From Mobula birostris (taxonomy: Eukaryota), in NCBI RefSeq assembly GCF_030028105.1, contig NC_092388.1:15929684-15993683 (forward strand): DNA of 64,000 nt, given 5' to 3'. The translations under genes were made by a program, and so were the position numbers. This document shows, in pieces, positions 22,240 through 34,733 of this stretch. The notes below the pieces were generated by a model. That model made no database searches and was not told the origin of the DNA. It saw nothing but the letters and a program-made list of their open reading frames with translations. Positions within the stretch are counted from its first letter, which is position 1, and every line of letters starts with the position of its first letter.

Positions 22240-22970
22240 TTTTCTTTTCCAATATTTTTTATTGATTTCTATAAAGAAGAATACAGAGTTCAAGAGAATA
22301 CGTATTATAAAACAAAGGAAAACATATAATAATACCAAATACAGTATATTGAATCACATTAACAAACTCCTTACTCTATATTCATATGGATTAGATTAAT
22401 TCAATATTAGAATATAAACAATTTTATATAAAAAAATCTATACCCACTACCAAAGTCGAAACTGCTTGGGAAAAAAAGAAAACAACTTATCAGATAATAA
22501 AATATACTATTAACCAACTTCTGTACTTTAACAAGAAGTCAAAACTTATGAAAGTAATTTAAAAATGGCCCCCACAAATTTTGAAAATCTTGGTTAGATT
22601 CAGAAATTGAACAACGAATCTTTTCTAAATTTAGGCATGCCATAACATCCCGTAACCACTGAGCATGATCAGGCAGAACAGCATCCTTCCGTTTAAACAA
22701 AAGCGCCCTTCTAGCCATAAGAGAGGTAAATGCCAGAATGTGCAGATCAGATGTCTTCAAAATGATATCTTTCCTTCCAACAATACCAAATAGGACAGTC
22801 AAAAGATTAGGCTTAAAATTTTCTATAAAGAGTACAGAAAAAGTTTGGAATATTTCCTTCCGATATTTTCCAATATTTGGGCACATCCAAAACATATGAA
22901 TAAGTGAAGCTTCTCCATTTTTACACCTATCACAGTAGGGAGATATATCCCTATAAAAACGAAATAACAA
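22240..22970 (-). mobile_element. L1/Tx1-type LINE ORF2 C-terminus and 3' UTR
   Basis: CDRCKNGEASLIHMFWMC zinc-knuckle motif (ORF 22539-22970), homologous to 61252-61734; T-rich end at ~22240-22262. Confidence 0.85.
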
Positions 22971-23450
22971 GATAATGGCTAGTCCACTTAAATTTCAGGT
23001 CACTGTAGATCAACAGGATAGAGATAATGTGGAAAACTTATTGATCTTAATGTCAAAGAGTCTGAAGTGATTTAATTAAATTCTTGTTTGTTGGAGAACT
23101 TTGCCCTGGCACTTTCATTCTGTGAATATTATTTGCTGTTTCTCAAACCCAGCCTAAGTATTGCCCAAATCTTGCAGGAACAAAGAATTTCATTATCTGA
23201 GGATCTGCAATAATCACTGGATATTCCCGTATCTTACAGTATGAAGGAGGGAAAGTCATATGATTCAGCAGTTGGAAATGGTTGTAGTGAGAATATTGAC
23301 CTGAACAAAAGTATGTAGATAGGTGATTGACCTCCTATAGCTACAAGCACAGAAGGAAGGTTTACACATAGCCTGATGTTCTCAGTTGGAAGAATCTCCA
23401 GCTTTTCTATGTACACAATCAATGCACTTATCTGAGGATTAAACTACTTT

Positions 23451-23693
23451 AAACAACAGGAATTCTGCAGATGCTGGAAATTCAAGCAGCACACATCAAG
23501 GTTGCTGGTGAACGCAGCAGGCCAGGCAGCATCTCTAGGAAGAGGTGCAGTCGACGTTTCAGGCCGAGACCCTTCGCCAGGACTAACTGAAGGAAGAGTG
23601 AGTAAGAGATTTGAAAGTTGGAGGGGGAGGGGGATATCCAAAATGACAGGAGAAGACAGGAGGGGAGGGATGGAGCCAAGAGCTGGACAGGTG
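23451..23693 (-). mobile_element. Penelope pseudo-LTR insertion (hammerhead core mutated to CUGGCGA)
   Basis: Same family as 18875-19307; 9-bp TSD aactacttt at 23442-23450 and 23694-23702. Confidence 0.85.
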
Positions 23694-23807
23694 AACTACT
23701 TTGACCTTTTTCTATGGTTTTCCAATGACCCCAAAAACTCATCTATGCACTTACTCGAAAGTGAAATAGAAGGAAAGCTAGTTGTGTTTGAAGGACAATG
23801 TGAAACT

Positions 23808-24706
23808 TACGACTTGACTTTATTACTTATATCCTTCATATACATGAGGAGTAAAAATCTTTACATTATATCTCCATCCAAATGTGCAATGTGCAGTTTA
23901 TAGTAATTTCTAATAAATAGTATGTACAACAGGACAGTCAATATAACATAGAAATACAATTGTATCGGTATGAATTAATCAGTCTGATGGCCTGGTGGAA
24001 GAAGCTGTCCCGGAGCCTGTTGGTCCCGGCTTTTATGCTGTGGTACTGTTTCCTGGATGGTAGCAGCTGGAACAGTTTGTTGTTGAGGTGACTCGGATCC
24101 CAATGATCCTTCAGGCCCTTTTTACACACTTGTCTTTGTAAATGTCCTGAATAGTGGGAAGTTCACATTTACAGATGTGCTGGGCTTTCCGCATCACTCT
24201 CTGCAGAGTCCTGTGATTGAGGGATGTACAGTTCTCATACCAGGCAGTGATGCAGCCAGTCAGGATGCTCTCAATTGTGCCCCTGTAGAAAGTTCTTAGG
24301 ATTTGGGGGCCCATACCAAACTTCTTCACCCATCTGGGGTGAAAGAGGCATTGTTGTGCTTTTTTCAACACACAGCCAGCATGTACAGACCACGTGAGAC
24401 CCTCGGTGATGTGTGTGCCGAGGAACTTAAAGCTGTTCAACCTCTCAACCCCAGATCTATTGATGTCAATAGGGGTTAGGCCATCTTCATTCCTCCTGTA
24501 GTTCACAACCAGCTCATTTGTTTTTGTGTCATTGAGGGAGAGGTTGTTTTCTTGACATCACTGTGTCAGGGTGATGACTTCTTCTCTGTCGGCTGCCTAA
24601 TTATTATTTGAGATTAGGCCAATCAGTGTAGTATCGTCAGCAAATTTAATTAGCAGATTGGAGCTGTGGGTGGTGACACAGTGATGGGTATACGGAGAGT
24701 AAAGGA
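23808..24706 (-). mobile_element. Rex1/Babar LINE 3' half
   Basis: KFADDT RT motif (gtatcgtcagcaaattt at ~24631); VERLNSFKFLGTHI..FYRGTIESILTGCITAWY; tail of short gactt repeats. Confidence 0.9.
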
Positions 24707-24924
24707 AGTGATGCATTTTATTGAACAGTAGACCCCTTTCAATTCTATTAAAAGTCAGACTCATATTTAAGATTGTATCTTTTAATTAGAGAAGATAGCC
24801 CTGGCAGGACAGAGGAGAGCACACATTTAAAGTCTCAGATGGAAGATTGGATCTATTGAGGGAAGAAATGATAAACTCTGCTTTTGAGAGTAAATATAAA
24901 GTGGAGATTAGAGATAAGAATAAC

Positions 24925-25215
24925 AATTAGCTTTAATTGTGCCATGTACATCTAAACATGCCGTTAATGTCAAATCAAATCAGCCAGGATTGTGCTGGGC
25001 AGCGCATAAATTTCGCCATGTTCTAGCATCAAGATAACATACCCACAACCTATTAATTCCAGCTTTAAGTCTTTGGAATGTGGGAGGAAGCAGCAGCACC
25101 CGGAGGAAACCCAGAGAGAACGTATGAACTCCATCCAGACAGCATCGGGATTTGAACTCCGATTTTACAGCTGGTGCTGTAAAAGTATTACGCTAACTGC
25201 TATGGTACTGTGCTA
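24925..25215 (-). mobile_element. V-SINE
   Basis: gtctttggaatgtgggaggaagcagcagcacccggaggaaacc; same subfamily as 2215-2535. Confidence 0.75.
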
Positions 25216-25387
25216 CCATATTGTCATAATTGTCATACCTGTTCTGGATGAATGTCTATAAACTGCCCAAAAGGAGAATCTGCTTCTTGCCTGACCTTAA
25301 TGACTGCAAAAAAATGATTGCTTCCCCTTAACTTTCTCTTCCCTGAACCCTTTTCCAGTGTGGTAACAGACACATATGCAGAATACC

Positions 25388-25772
25388 AGGGTGGCGGGGT
25401 GGAGAGGCATCTCTACCAAAAGAGGTAGAAGGTGCTCCTTCCCTCCACTAGCCTGCAGGTCACCCATGGGCAAGATCTAACATCTGCTTAAACCTCCCCA
25501 ACCCTGATCATGGTTACATGAAGCCATGGGAACAGATGGTGAATGGTCGTATGAGCAGCTACGACCTTTGCAAAATCCTGGTTTTGCAATCGCTGACGCC
25601 AGGCAATCTCTGGAGAGTGTAGGCAGTGGCTGAGGTCATGCGTCTTGTAAAGACGCTGACCAGAAGAAGGCAATGGCAAACCACTTCTGTAGAAAAAGTT
25701 CCAAGAACAATCATGGTCATAGAAAGACCATGGTCACTTATGTCATAGAACATGGCACATAATGAATGAACC
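25388..25772 (+). mobile_element. SINE-like element with an RTE/Bov-B-type segment
   Basis: gaaggcaatggcaaaccacttc resembles the Bov-B/RTE motif; (tgaa)n tail; second copy at 6843-7180. Confidence 0.6.
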
Positions 25773-27119
25773 CATAATACCACAATGAGCTATACAAAAA
25801 TCCACATGGCAGGGTATTAACTGGACTATTCCAAGTATGAGGGAGAAGCACAACATTCATAACACAGAGACGGAAATGCATTAGAGACAGGATAGATGGG
25901 GATAGGAGATATATTCACTGAAATGGAAAGAATTAGTGTGTTTACAGGATAGACAGCTGAGAATGACAATGTGATTCAGAAGGCAGTGATACGTGCGCTG
26001 TTGAAGAGAAAATTTCCCATTTATACATCTGCATTCACATCCCTCTCAGGGCATTCCACTGAAGCACTGAAGCACCATTTTTCTTGCAGTGCAGACTACA
26101 AAAGGCAATTTTTCACATCAAACTTCCTCAAATATCATGGTGCTTAAGTTAAGATCAGTTATATTTTAGTGATGCTGACTGAGAAATAATTACTTGCTGG
26201 GTACCAAGAAAGTCCTCCTGTGCATCTTTTGAAGAATAACCATAAACTCTTCTCTGTTCAACAGTTTGCCATTTTAAAATGTCATCCTAAAGATGGCACC
26301 ATATGTTTCTCATATATCAGTATGGTGACAGTCTGAATGCTTGTAGACTGTTGTTTATAGATGAAAGTGTTGCCAAAAGTGCCCCCAGAGAGACTATAAC
26401 TGTAGGTCTAAAAAGGCAATGAGTGCTGTTAATGACAGGGCATTGAAAACAGCAAATTTCCTTAAATTTTTCAAATGGTTAGGTCAGTAAAAACTTCCGG
26501 AACCCAATGCAGGAAGGTGGCACATTAATCATGCAGCTGACACATTTGGCTGCTACCAGATATGCCATCTGTGAAGTGACAGTACATTTATCTCTTGGGG
26601 AAAGTATTTCACTTGCTGCAGCTGAGTATCAAGCAGATTAATGTTAAATCAATAAACAGCCATCAACTATGCTTAATTAATAAAACTTGTCCTCTGTGCA
26701 AAATCCCAATCTTTCCAAATTCCACGAACAAATTGGCACTTGCAAGTTGAGATTGGGGTTTGTGAATCTATGCCATTCCCTTGGCCACATCCTCACCATC
26801 AAATCATGAAGAAATATTGTCACCAGATGTCTGAGTGAAAAGCTCACAGACTAATAGGTTGGAAATTTGGTGTTACCCACGTGATTGCTCAGCTCCTCCA
26901 CTCTGAACGTGGCCTGGAATTCCTCTTAGGCCAAATTGATCAGCTACTTCTAAGAGCACATTGTTATATGGAAAGTACAATCTCCAGATTTTGGTTGATC
27001 ATTTTTGATATGCTTGTTTATACTTTTTAATATGTTCACTGCTATGAAGTTTCCAGCAATATTTGTATCTTTTTAAATCAGGGTACGGTAAGGAAAACTG
27101 CTCTTTACTTTTGAGCAGG

Positions 27120-27260
27120 ACATCAGGGAAAATTCAACTACTTCTCTTCAGAGTATTGTCATGAAACCTTTAATGTCTGGCTGAGAGACCAGACAGGTTT
27201 AATCTCTCATCCAGAATGATGAGGCCTTTGACAGTACAAACCACTCTCAGTATTCTCCTG
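27120..27260 (-). mobile_element. Old Deu-domain SINE remnant (SacSINE1/AmnSINE1-like); weaker second remnant at ~26150-26310
   Basis: ggtttaatctctcatccagaatga...tttgacagtacaaaccactctcagtattc resembles the recalled Deu-SINE segment ggtttaacgtctcatccgaaagacggcacctccgacagtgcagcactccctcagtac. Confidence 0.5.
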
Positions 27261-28863
27261 AAACTCATATCAAAGAAAGAAAATGTTGTGGAAAAATTCA
27301 TTACACGGTACATCTTACAACAGTTGAAAATACTTGCACAAGAACACAGTATTATTACAGTCACTGTGCAAACATTTTTCTGTCAATTGGTATCACATTT
27401 CAAGCACTTAGAATTGTATAACAATGACAATCACAAGGATGCTTTGTCACTCAAGTGCCTGGAGCTCAACTTAATGTATATACAGTCTCCAAATTGATTT
27501 TAAGATAATTTTAATGAATCATTCATAGATTGACTTGAAAGGGAAAATGAGATTTATAAGTGCTAAATCAGAATCAGGTTTATTATCACTGACGTATGTT
27601 ATGAAATTTGTTGTTTTGCCGCAGCTGTACAGAGCACAACATAAAAATTACTATAATAAGTAAATGATAAAGAGTGCATTGCAAGGTAGTGTTCATGGAC
27701 CGTTCACAAGTCTGGTGGTGGAGGGGAGAAGTTGTTCCTAAAATGTTGGGTTTGTGTCTTCAGGCTCCAGAACCTCCTCTCTGGTGGCAGCAATGAGAAG
27801 GTGGCGTGACCCGGATGGTGACGGTCCTTAAGGATGGACGCCACATTCTTGAGAGACCATCTTTTGAAGATGTCCTCAGTTGTGGGGAAGACTGTCCCTG
27901 TGATGGAACTGGCTGAGTCTACAACCTTTCAGTCCTGAACACTGGAACCTCCGTACCAGATGGTGATGAAATCAGCCAGAATATTCTCCACTGTACATCG
28001 ATAGACATTTGCAGGAGTCTTTGATGACAAACCAGATCTCCACAAATTCCTAATGTAGTATAGTTGCTTTTGTACCTTCTTCCTAATTGCATCAAAGTGC
28101 TGGGCCCCGGGTATCCCTTCTGAGACGCTTCCTTTCAGGAGCTTGAAGGTGCTGATCCCTCGATGACGACTGTTGTGCGTTCTCACAACTTCCCTTTCTG
28201 AAGTCCACAATCAAATTTCTTGGTCTTGCGGATGCTGAGTGCAAGGTGGTTGTTGCGGCACCACTCCACCAGCTGATACACCTCACCGTTGTACACCTCC
28301 TCATCCAAACCGCACTGACTGTGGTTTCCTAGTGAGGAGGTCAAGGACCCAGTTGCAGAAGGAAAGACAGAGGTCCAGGTTTGAAGTTTGAAAGGATGAT
28401 AATGTTGAGGATTGAGCTGTAATCCATAAGCTTCAGTCTGACTAAAGCTCTACTGTTGTCCGGGTGCTATAAAGCTGAATGGAGAGCCAATGAGATTGTG
28501 TCGGCTGGAGACCTGTTGTGGCGGTAGACAAACTGCAGTGGGTCCGGGTACTTTGGGGTTTTTTTCTGTTTCATGAATGTTTGTGGAGAGTAAGAATTTC
28601 AGGCTGTATAACTGTATACAGTACATCCTCTGATATTAAATGGATCCATTGAACTTGCTTAGGCAGGAGATAACTCTAGTCATGAACAACATCTCCAAGA
28701 ACTTCTTTGCAATCCTACCAAGCGATAGTCATTGAGGCAGCTCATGTTATTTTGAAGCAGGTGCTAACCTCCAACTGCAGTAGTGAGAGGTCGATGATGC
28801 ACTTGATCACTCCAGCCAATTGGTCGAAGCAGGTTTTCAGTAACATGCCAGGTATATCATCGT

Positions 28864-29435
28864 AAACACGAGGAATTCTGCAGATGCTGGAATTTCAAGC
28901 AACGCACATCAAAGTTGCAGGTGAAAACAGCAGGCCAGGCAGCATCTCTAGGAAGAGGTACAGTCGACGTTTCGGGCCGAGACCCTTCGTCAGGACTAAC
29001 TGAAAGAAGAGCTAGTAAGAAATCTGCAAGTGGGAGGGGGAGGGGGAGATCCGAAATGATAGGAGAAGACAGGAGGGGGAGAGATGGAGCCAAGAGCTGG
29101 AAAGTTGATTGGCAAAAGGGATATGAGTGGATCATGGGACAGGAGGCCCAAGGAGAAAGAAAAGGGGGAGGGGAAGCCCAGAGGGTGGGCAAGGAGTATA
29201 GTGAGAGGGACAGAGGGAGAAAAAGGAGAGAGGGAAAAAGAATGTGTGTATATAAACAAATAAATAAATAAATAACAGATGGGGTACGAGGGGGAGGTGG
29301 GGCATTAGTGGAAGTTTGAGAAGTCAGTGTTCATGTCATCAGGTTGGAGGCTACCCAGACGGAATATAAGGTGTTGTTCCTCCAACCTGAGTGTGGCTTC
29401 ATCTTGACAGTAGAGGAGGCCGTGGATAGACATAT
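28864..29435 (-). mobile_element. 5'-truncated Penelope-like element: ORF C-terminus plus pseudo-LTR
   Basis: Minus frame DMSIHGLLYCQDEATLRLEEQHLIFRLGSLQPDDMNTDFSNFH* (end of a GIY-YIG-type PLE ORF); perfect 15-bp direct repeat caggtatatcatcgt at 28849-28863 and 29436-29450. Confidence 0.88.
28962..28997 (-). ncRNA. Minimal type-I hammerhead ribozyme motif (core intact)
   Basis: Minus strand AGUC CUGACGA A GGGU-CUCG-GCCC GAAAC GUC^ GACU. Confidence 0.75.
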
Positions 29436-30989
29436 CAGGTATATCATCGTGCTTGACGCTCTGCGAGGTTTCGCCTTCTTGAAGGCTGTTCTGATAGCGG
29501 TTTCCAAGACAGAGATCACAGGATTGCTAGATGCTGCAGGGATTTGTGTAGGTGTAGTGTTATTCTCCCTTTCAAAGCATGCATGAAAGCCAGAATATTG
29601 TGGGTCCATTTTATCTGAATATACTGGTAACATGCATAGGCACTGTGAAATAATTTCTGCAAACGCAGACTTGTAGAAATAGAATGAGCAAACGAATTGC
29701 ATGTCACAAACCATCAAAGCTAGGCAATTATTTAAGCCCAGAACAGTGAGAACTGGCCAGCAGAACGGCTTATATTTGAATTGATGTCTTTGTAATAAAT
29801 TTAGAATGAAAATTGCTCAATGGCTGGATAATATGGCTTCAGTTTTGAATTGATTTGAGCTCTTGATGGCTATCATAAACGCTTTGGCGTACTTTACTTT
29901 GGAATAGGAAAGCTCTAGTAGATTAAAGGCTCATGCAATTATCAGCTGGTCACCAGTTCAAGAGTAAAGTACACTGGGACATTCATTACAGCCACATTAC
30001 TGTGCCAAGAGTGCTATTATTCATAGTATTTATAGTAAAATTGTTTGGCTGTTATTGTAAATGTTAAGATACTTTGAAGAGGTAATCTGCATTTAAACCA
30101 TGAAAAGCTGGTGAAATTACTTATAATCTGTAAGAAGAATAGAGCATTATTTTAATATATGACATGTGTTGGCTTCTTTCTGGCTAACCTACACAAAATA
30201 TGATTATAGGTAGTGTGCTTGGTTTGTAGAGAAAAGAAATTGAGAGAAGAATTAATGGTGTATGTCATCTAACAGTGTCCAAACCAAGACTATCAGACTT
30301 CCTCACATTACCATCCAGCTGACAGAAATATTTCAGAAACAGCCACCACACCCTCTCAGGCTGCCCAGGTCTCACTTTTTAAAAAGAGAGTGAACAACGC
30401 TAGAAATAAACTCAGTTGAATAAAAAACATCTAGATATGTTTTTGGCTGTGATACAGGACACTTCCATGCTTACAACTAACTTGGCTGTAAAAAGATCAC
30501 AGCAACTTGTGTTTTGTTTTTATTTATTTGGAGGTACAGCTCAGTAACAGGCCGTTCTGGAACAAAGAACCCCACATCACACGTTACACCCATGTAACCC
30601 ACCCATACCAGCCCATATATCTTTGGAAGGTGAGAGGAAACCCATACGGTCAACTATACTCCAGAAGACGGAAATCAAACAGGAGTAGTGGCATCAGCAA
30701 CGGACTTCAAGGCGAGTTGGTCTCTGGTACGAACCTGGCCAGCTCCTCGCACGCTTTCCATCCGTGCTGGGTTGAACAACGAGCAAGCAACTCTGCCTCG
30801 TAAAAAAACAGGCAAAATACTAATGAAACGGTAAAATTGCCACCCTATACTCCACAAGGCACAGAGAGGAATAACTTCAACTAACTTTTGTTTTAGTATG
30901 TACCATTTGTATGCACTAGAATAACTCAGCTTGGTTTCTTCTACAGCTCCTTGCCAACTTTAATATCAAGGAGGAAAAGGGAACCAGGC

Positions 30990-31217
30990 ACAGGAGACAC
31001 CACCACCTATCTCTTCATAGTCAAGCATTATCCTGACTTGGAAAAACATAAGGTGAGATCCTCATCCTGGAACTCAATTGGCAACAGCATTGAGAGAGTA
31101 CTTTCACCAAAAGAACTGCAGTCTTCAAGAATGATGTTTGTACCTATCTTCTCAAAGCCAGTTAGGCACGGCAATAAATAATAGTCTGGCCAGCAGCTCA
31201 TTGATTCTGAAAATGAA
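30990..31217 (+). mobile_element. Old CR1/L2-group LINE 3' end
   Basis: tcctgacttggaaa...tcctggaactc...aacagcat...ctgcag..ttcaagaa...cttctcaa...gcaataaat...ggccagc. Confidence 0.55.
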
Positions 31218-31279
31218 AGGTAAAAATTACATACAAGTATCACTTTCATGGCTGTATCTTTTTTTATTGGGAACCCATG

Positions 31280-31563
31280 TCAGTCCAACCACAATCTATT
31301 CCAGTTGCTACCATCTGAGAAATGGTACCGCAGCATAAAAGCCAGGACCAACAGGCTCCGGGACAGCTTCTTTCACCAGGCCATCGGACTGATTAACTCA
31401 CACTGATATGAGTGTATTTCTATGTTACATTGACTGCTCTATTTATTATAAATTAATATATTGCACATTATTATGATTGCACATTTAGATGGAGATGCAA
31501 TGTAAAGATTTTTACTCCTCATGTATGTGAAGGATGTAAGAAATAAAGTCAATTCAATTCAAT
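31280..31563 (+). mobile_element. Rex1/Babar LINE 3' end
   Basis: Reverse complement of 23808-24090 and 48846-49110; aataaagtc(aattc)n tail. Confidence 0.85.
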
Positions 31564-31569
31564 TATTGC

Positions 31570-31835
31570 AAGGTGATTGGAGGAAAGCACAGGGGGATAT
31601 CAAAGGGAAGGTTTTTTTAGAACACAGGGTGCATCAAATGTTCTGCCAGAGGAGGTGGTAGAACAGACATAGGTGGGATTTAAGAAACTCTTAGATAGTA
31701 GCACAGATGATAGAAAAACAGAGGGCTATGTTGAAGGGACGGGTTAGATTGATCTTAGAGCTGGTTAAAGATCTGTTCTGTTAAAGCGTTGGTTAAAGGG
31801 TCTGTTCGGTGCTGTAATGTTCTAAGTTCAAGGTT
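31570..31835 (+). mobile_element. CR1 3' fragment
   Basis: ctgccagaggaggtggtaga...tttaagaaactcttagatag...gggtctgttcggtgctgtaatgttcta. Confidence 0.65.
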
Positions 31836-33145
31836 TATTGGGATACAGTATTGAGTTCCCACTGGGCAGTCTCAAAGTGGAAAAGGTCTGGAGATGGATA
31901 GGACTTTAAAATTTTAAAAATACAAAGGTACAGATCTAATTCTTTTTTACATAGAGATCACAGGCCACGGAGGCCTGTTGCTTCTTCTAAGATGGCTGTG
32001 GTTTTCACCTCCCACAGTTTGGTATGAAGTAGTTCTGCCTTCACAGAATGTCTTTGACAGCTGGTTTTGCCCCACCCCAGGGTCACTATTATTGAAAGTA
32101 AATAGCTTCAGGATATGTCAGGAAATAAAACAATGTTAGAGAAGAGAAAACACCAGTGTGAACACCCACACAATGGAGCTAATTAAATTAATCCATAAAT
32201 CTCCACTTACATTTCATGCAGCAGCTGATTTCCCCCAATTCCTTTGAATGGGATCGTTGCCCAGGTTTGACCTGATGCTTAGTCTGCAGATTTCCCAGGC
32301 AGAGAACAGAAAAACCCGGGAACATCTGCAATGCCGCATTATATTCTGTGGTGAGTCTTGACAGCAGTGCAAATATTGGATCAGAATATTTCAAGGGACA
32401 ACGGGCATCATAAATGCAGCAACTCCATCTTCCAGAGGTCTCCACCACACCCAACAGGGGACTCACAAGGGACAGCCCAAGACCATGAGACATAGGAGCA
32501 GAATTAGGCCTATTGAGTCTGCTTGACTATTTGCTGATTTATCATTCCTCTCAACCCCATTTGTCTGCCTTCTCCCCGTAACTTTTGACACTCAAGAACC
32601 TAATAAAACCTAAACAACCCAGCTTGGTAGACATCAAAAGATGGTCTTCCACCTGCGTAATTTTCTTTCTCCATTCTTAGTGGTTCCTCTTTTGCATGAT
32701 TAAATTTAATGAAATATTGGAATTGAACTTGTACCTGTTTCTGCAACACAGAACGAGCTTCTATCTTGGATGACTTTTCATTGAATAAGTTTTTGTTTCG
32801 GCACTTGCATCTCACTGTTTCTATTGTTTTTAGGCAGTGAGGTTAATAGTTTTCATGTTTACCTGTGACTTGGGCAATACAAAGGGCAGAAGGCACGGGA
32901 GCAGAGAGATTGGGGGATTGTTTCAGAGCACCACCTTTCACTGATCAGGTTCAACTCCTGCTGGAATTTATACATTTTTCTCACATTCGTTACCTCTGGG
33001 TGCTCTGGTTCCTTCCATATTCTTACGAAGTTGTATGGTTAGAGTTAGTAAACTGTGGGATGTTATGTTGCCTCTGGAAGCATTGCAGCAGTTGCAATGG
33101 CCCAGCACAATCTTCAATGATTTGATTTAACACAAACAATGCATT

Positions 33146-33296
33146 NNNNNNNNNNNNNNNNNNNNNNNNNNNNNNNNNNNNNNNNNNNNNNNNNNNNNNN
33201 NNNNNNNNNNNNNNNNNNNNNNNNNNNNNNNNNNNNNNNNNNNNNNNNNNNNNNNNNNNNNNNNNNNNNNNNNNNNNNNNNNNNNNNNNNNNNNNN
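33146..33296. other. Assembly gap (151 N)
   Basis: Run of n; preceded by a plus-strand V-SINE fragment (~32945-33145). Confidence 0.99.
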
Positions 33297-34733
33297 ATCT
33301 TAATCTTCACCCTTAAAGCCTGCTTTATGTTTCTTTACTCTCCAAGACAGAATTTATCAGTTTTTCACTCAGTGGAGTCAATTTTGCCTCTGATCAATCT
33401 TGCCAGCAGTCAGATTCCACTCGAGGATTTTACTACGTCATGTAGGGTGACGCACCTGTATGTTACAAACAGGATTTTGGTTAAGGCATAGTCCCACTTT
33501 GCCAATTTAAATGGAATAAAGATTTCATGCCACAGTTTGCAGAGTAGTTTACTTCTCTTATTGAAATGTCAGCAAGTCGTTCATGGCACTCTCTGTAGGG
33601 TGTATGATCTATTTTGTTTTTCAGCATACTTCTGCCAATGTAAGCATAACTGTCAAAAGTTTGTGGAATTTTAAGCACAATTTGCATTCACTGATTCTAA
33701 AACTTCTGTGATCTTTTGGTCCAGTTGTAAAAACACTGCATTAGTGGATTGACACATGCATTTTTTTGTGATAAACCCATTTGCAGCTGCTTAACCAAAT
33801 TCTTCCACTCTTAAATATAGAATGGAACATTTTTATGGTGAAGATTATTTAATAAAAAAAAAGAATTTGCCTTTGAAATGCTGCCTGACTGCATTGATTC
33901 AAGGTTTTGCATTTGGCAATATTGAATGAGCTTGAGTGAAGTTCAGGAGAAATTTCAACTTTTTGACAAGATATTTATGGGCACAAACTTTCTGAATAAT
34001 CATTCCCTCAAAAAGGAAATCCCACCTGTCACAGTTTTAAAATAACAGAGCTAATATTGGGTTTGATGGAATTGATTACAACTCAAACAGCAAATGCAGC
34101 TTGATTGAAATATTTGGAAAATAAATGACAGACTTCTACTTCACAAAAGCAATTTCTACTTCACAAGAATGCAATTGCAGTTCCAAGACAGGAAATTGAA
34201 GAAAATGGTCTACATAGGGTAATGAAGATGGACAGATAAGATAAAATATACTGGATGACCTTTCCTGCTCCTTGCTTATGTCTGATGGAGGATATGTTGA
34301 ACTGACTCACATTGATATATCTATTTTAACACAATCATGCTTCCATTCCATCCAAAATAAATATGAATTAATTTGCATGGAGTTTGAGTTTGTAAATATT
34401 ATTGGTATCAATAGATTATTATATTTATTCAACTGTATCACCTGCATTACAGTTCCTATGTTTTGTAACTTCATAAACTTATTGAAAGACAAACATGGGT
34501 CCCTGCAGATAAACGTGTCTACTTCATTTTGTTAATTCAGTGAGACGTGCATTTATGATGTGGTGAAGTGATGACGTATGCCATTCAGGTACTTTTACAT
34601 ATAGCCTGATAAATTATGTAAAAAAAGAATGCTTAATCAAACAATAAATTTACAATATTACTCAAATATTAAATAAACACTCCTTCATGCTTAGCTATAA
34701 GCTACAGCTCAATATAGAATGCATCTCAACTTA

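Larger units (their letters stand above)
27566..29570 (-). mobile_element. Degraded Rex1/Babar LINE, interrupted by a Penelope element
   Basis: aatcagaatcaggtttattatcactg tail; YRCTVENILADFITIWYG; DPLQFVY (ggacccactgcagtttgtctac, minus strand) at ~28525-28546. Confidence 0.85.
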
